A stretch of DNA of 64,000 nt from a virus. Lineage: Duplodnaviria; Caudoviricetes. The stretch covers positions 64,001-128,000 of IMG/VR virus record IMGVR_UViG_3300037400_002732, one strand, 5' to 3'. Below are positions 63,226 through 64,000 of the stretch, one piece after another; position 1 is the stretch's first letter; the number at the start of each line of letters is the position of its first letter. Below the pieces are notes generated by a model. It was not told the origin of the DNA, ran no database searches, and saw only the letters and a list, made by a program, of their open reading frames with translations. The translations under genes were made by a program, and so were the position numbers.

Positions 63226-64000
63226 ATGTCCAACTTGAACGAGATAAAATATGTTACGATTTGGAAATTGGACACGCGAGAAGGTGCTACCGCGACCGAG
63301 TCTCGCGACTGGTTACCAGTAACACATATTGACAAGATTCGTGGCCGTATTACAGTCAAGGCACCGTATCCGATTGGTGATTACGATGTCGTGACCGCCG
63401 AGAGCAAGGAATGCGAAACTTGTGAGGGACTTGGCTATCTGCAGAAGGTTGCGTGTCCTACGTGCAATGATACTCATTTAATGGAATGCCCGGTATGCCA
63501 TGGAAGGAAAACCGCTGGCTGCGATACTCAAGAATTGTGCGCATATTGCGGCGGATCTGGTCGAGTTCCTTGTGAGACATGCTATAGCGGTTCCAAGGAA
63601 TTCTGGGTTCCGACTGACCATTGCACTGGCGATGATTGCGTTCCGTGTCCAGACTGTAATGGTACTGGATATGCTGGTGGCGGTGGCGTCATATCGGTTA
63701 CTCCGGAAGGCGTTATCACTCTGCGATACGATTCAGTGACTTTGGGCATTACCGACGACGGTAGACTCTTTGCTCGTTTGAAGGTAAAGTCGGATGGCGG
63801 CATTGGAATCACGGAAGATAGCGAACTGTTTGTTAAGGTAGATGAATCTACTATTCGCTTAGTGAACGGACAACTGACTGCCGTGTATCATCCAGCAACC
63901 ATGAAGGCGTCTGGCGAAGCAGATACAGTTGAACAGCAGTCCCAACGTATTGATACTGCTCTGGTTGTTACAGATGAGTCGGTAAAACGTGTTCATGCAT
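63226..64000 (+). CDS. Partial gene (runs off window): DnaJ-type Zn-finger region followed by fibre-like beta repeats; not in the ORF track
   Basis: AAGGAG RBS, ATG 63226; MSNLNEIKYV...CETCEGLG..CPTC..CPVCHG..CAYCGGSG..CETC..CPDCNGTG...VKVDESTIRLVNGQL; open to 64000. Confidence 0.75.
   Translation, partial: MSNLNEIKYVTIWKLDTREGATATESRDWLPVTHIDKIRGRITVKAPYPIGDYDVVTAESKECETCEGLGYLQKVACPTCNDTHLMECPVCHGRKTAGCDTQELCAYCGGSGRVPCETCYSGSKEFWVPTDHCTGDDCVPCPDCNGTGYAGGGGVISVTPEGVITLRYDSVTLGITDDGRLFARLKVKSDGGIGITEDSELFVKVDESTIRLVNGQLTAVYHPATMKASGEADTVEQQSQRIDTALVVTDESVKRVHA

Noticed and set aside
1-64000. Stop-codon reassignment as in some large gut/rumen phages
   Set aside because: Conserved genes are full length in the standard code; TAG ends the helicase and other genes, and TGA ends primase-adjacent ORF 1041..3236 and tnpB.

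Overview
A 64 kb segment of a large T4-like (myovirus-type) dsDNA phage genome, read in the standard genetic code. The left part (mostly minus strand) carries a T4-type replication/recombination block: sliding clamp, primase, gp32 SSB, gp41 helicase and UvsX. It is followed by a gp25-fusion baseplate gene, a complete DnaJ and several large orphan late proteins. The centre holds a tnpB-only IS200/IS605 element, a cluster of three parS palindromes, and a PolA/T7-RNAP-superfamily (TV-Pol-like) gene beside a divergent intergenic region where gene orientation flips. The right part (plus strand) carries uvsW, rnh, a glycosyltransferase-like gene, gp46, tail/peptidoglycan-hydrolase genes and the head module (portal, major capsid, protease, scaffold). 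Two promoter classes can be read directly from the DNA: TTGCAATTCAAATT-N9-TAnnTT before replication genes and (T/G)ATAAACT before structural genes. The most striking observations are (1) three tandem bacterial chromosomal parS sites in a phage intergenic region with no parA/parB in the window; (2) an intact TnpB element whose TAM/insertion site is the core of the phage late promoter, and whose left end rebuilds that promoter; (3) the TV-Pol-like polymerase next to an origin-like region; (4) T4-style RNA controls, namely a gene-32 leader pseudoknot and an RBS-occluding hairpin with a late promoter in its loop. All protein calls come from motif recognition by eye; no database searches were run. 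No tRNA, rRNA or CRISPR array was recognised.
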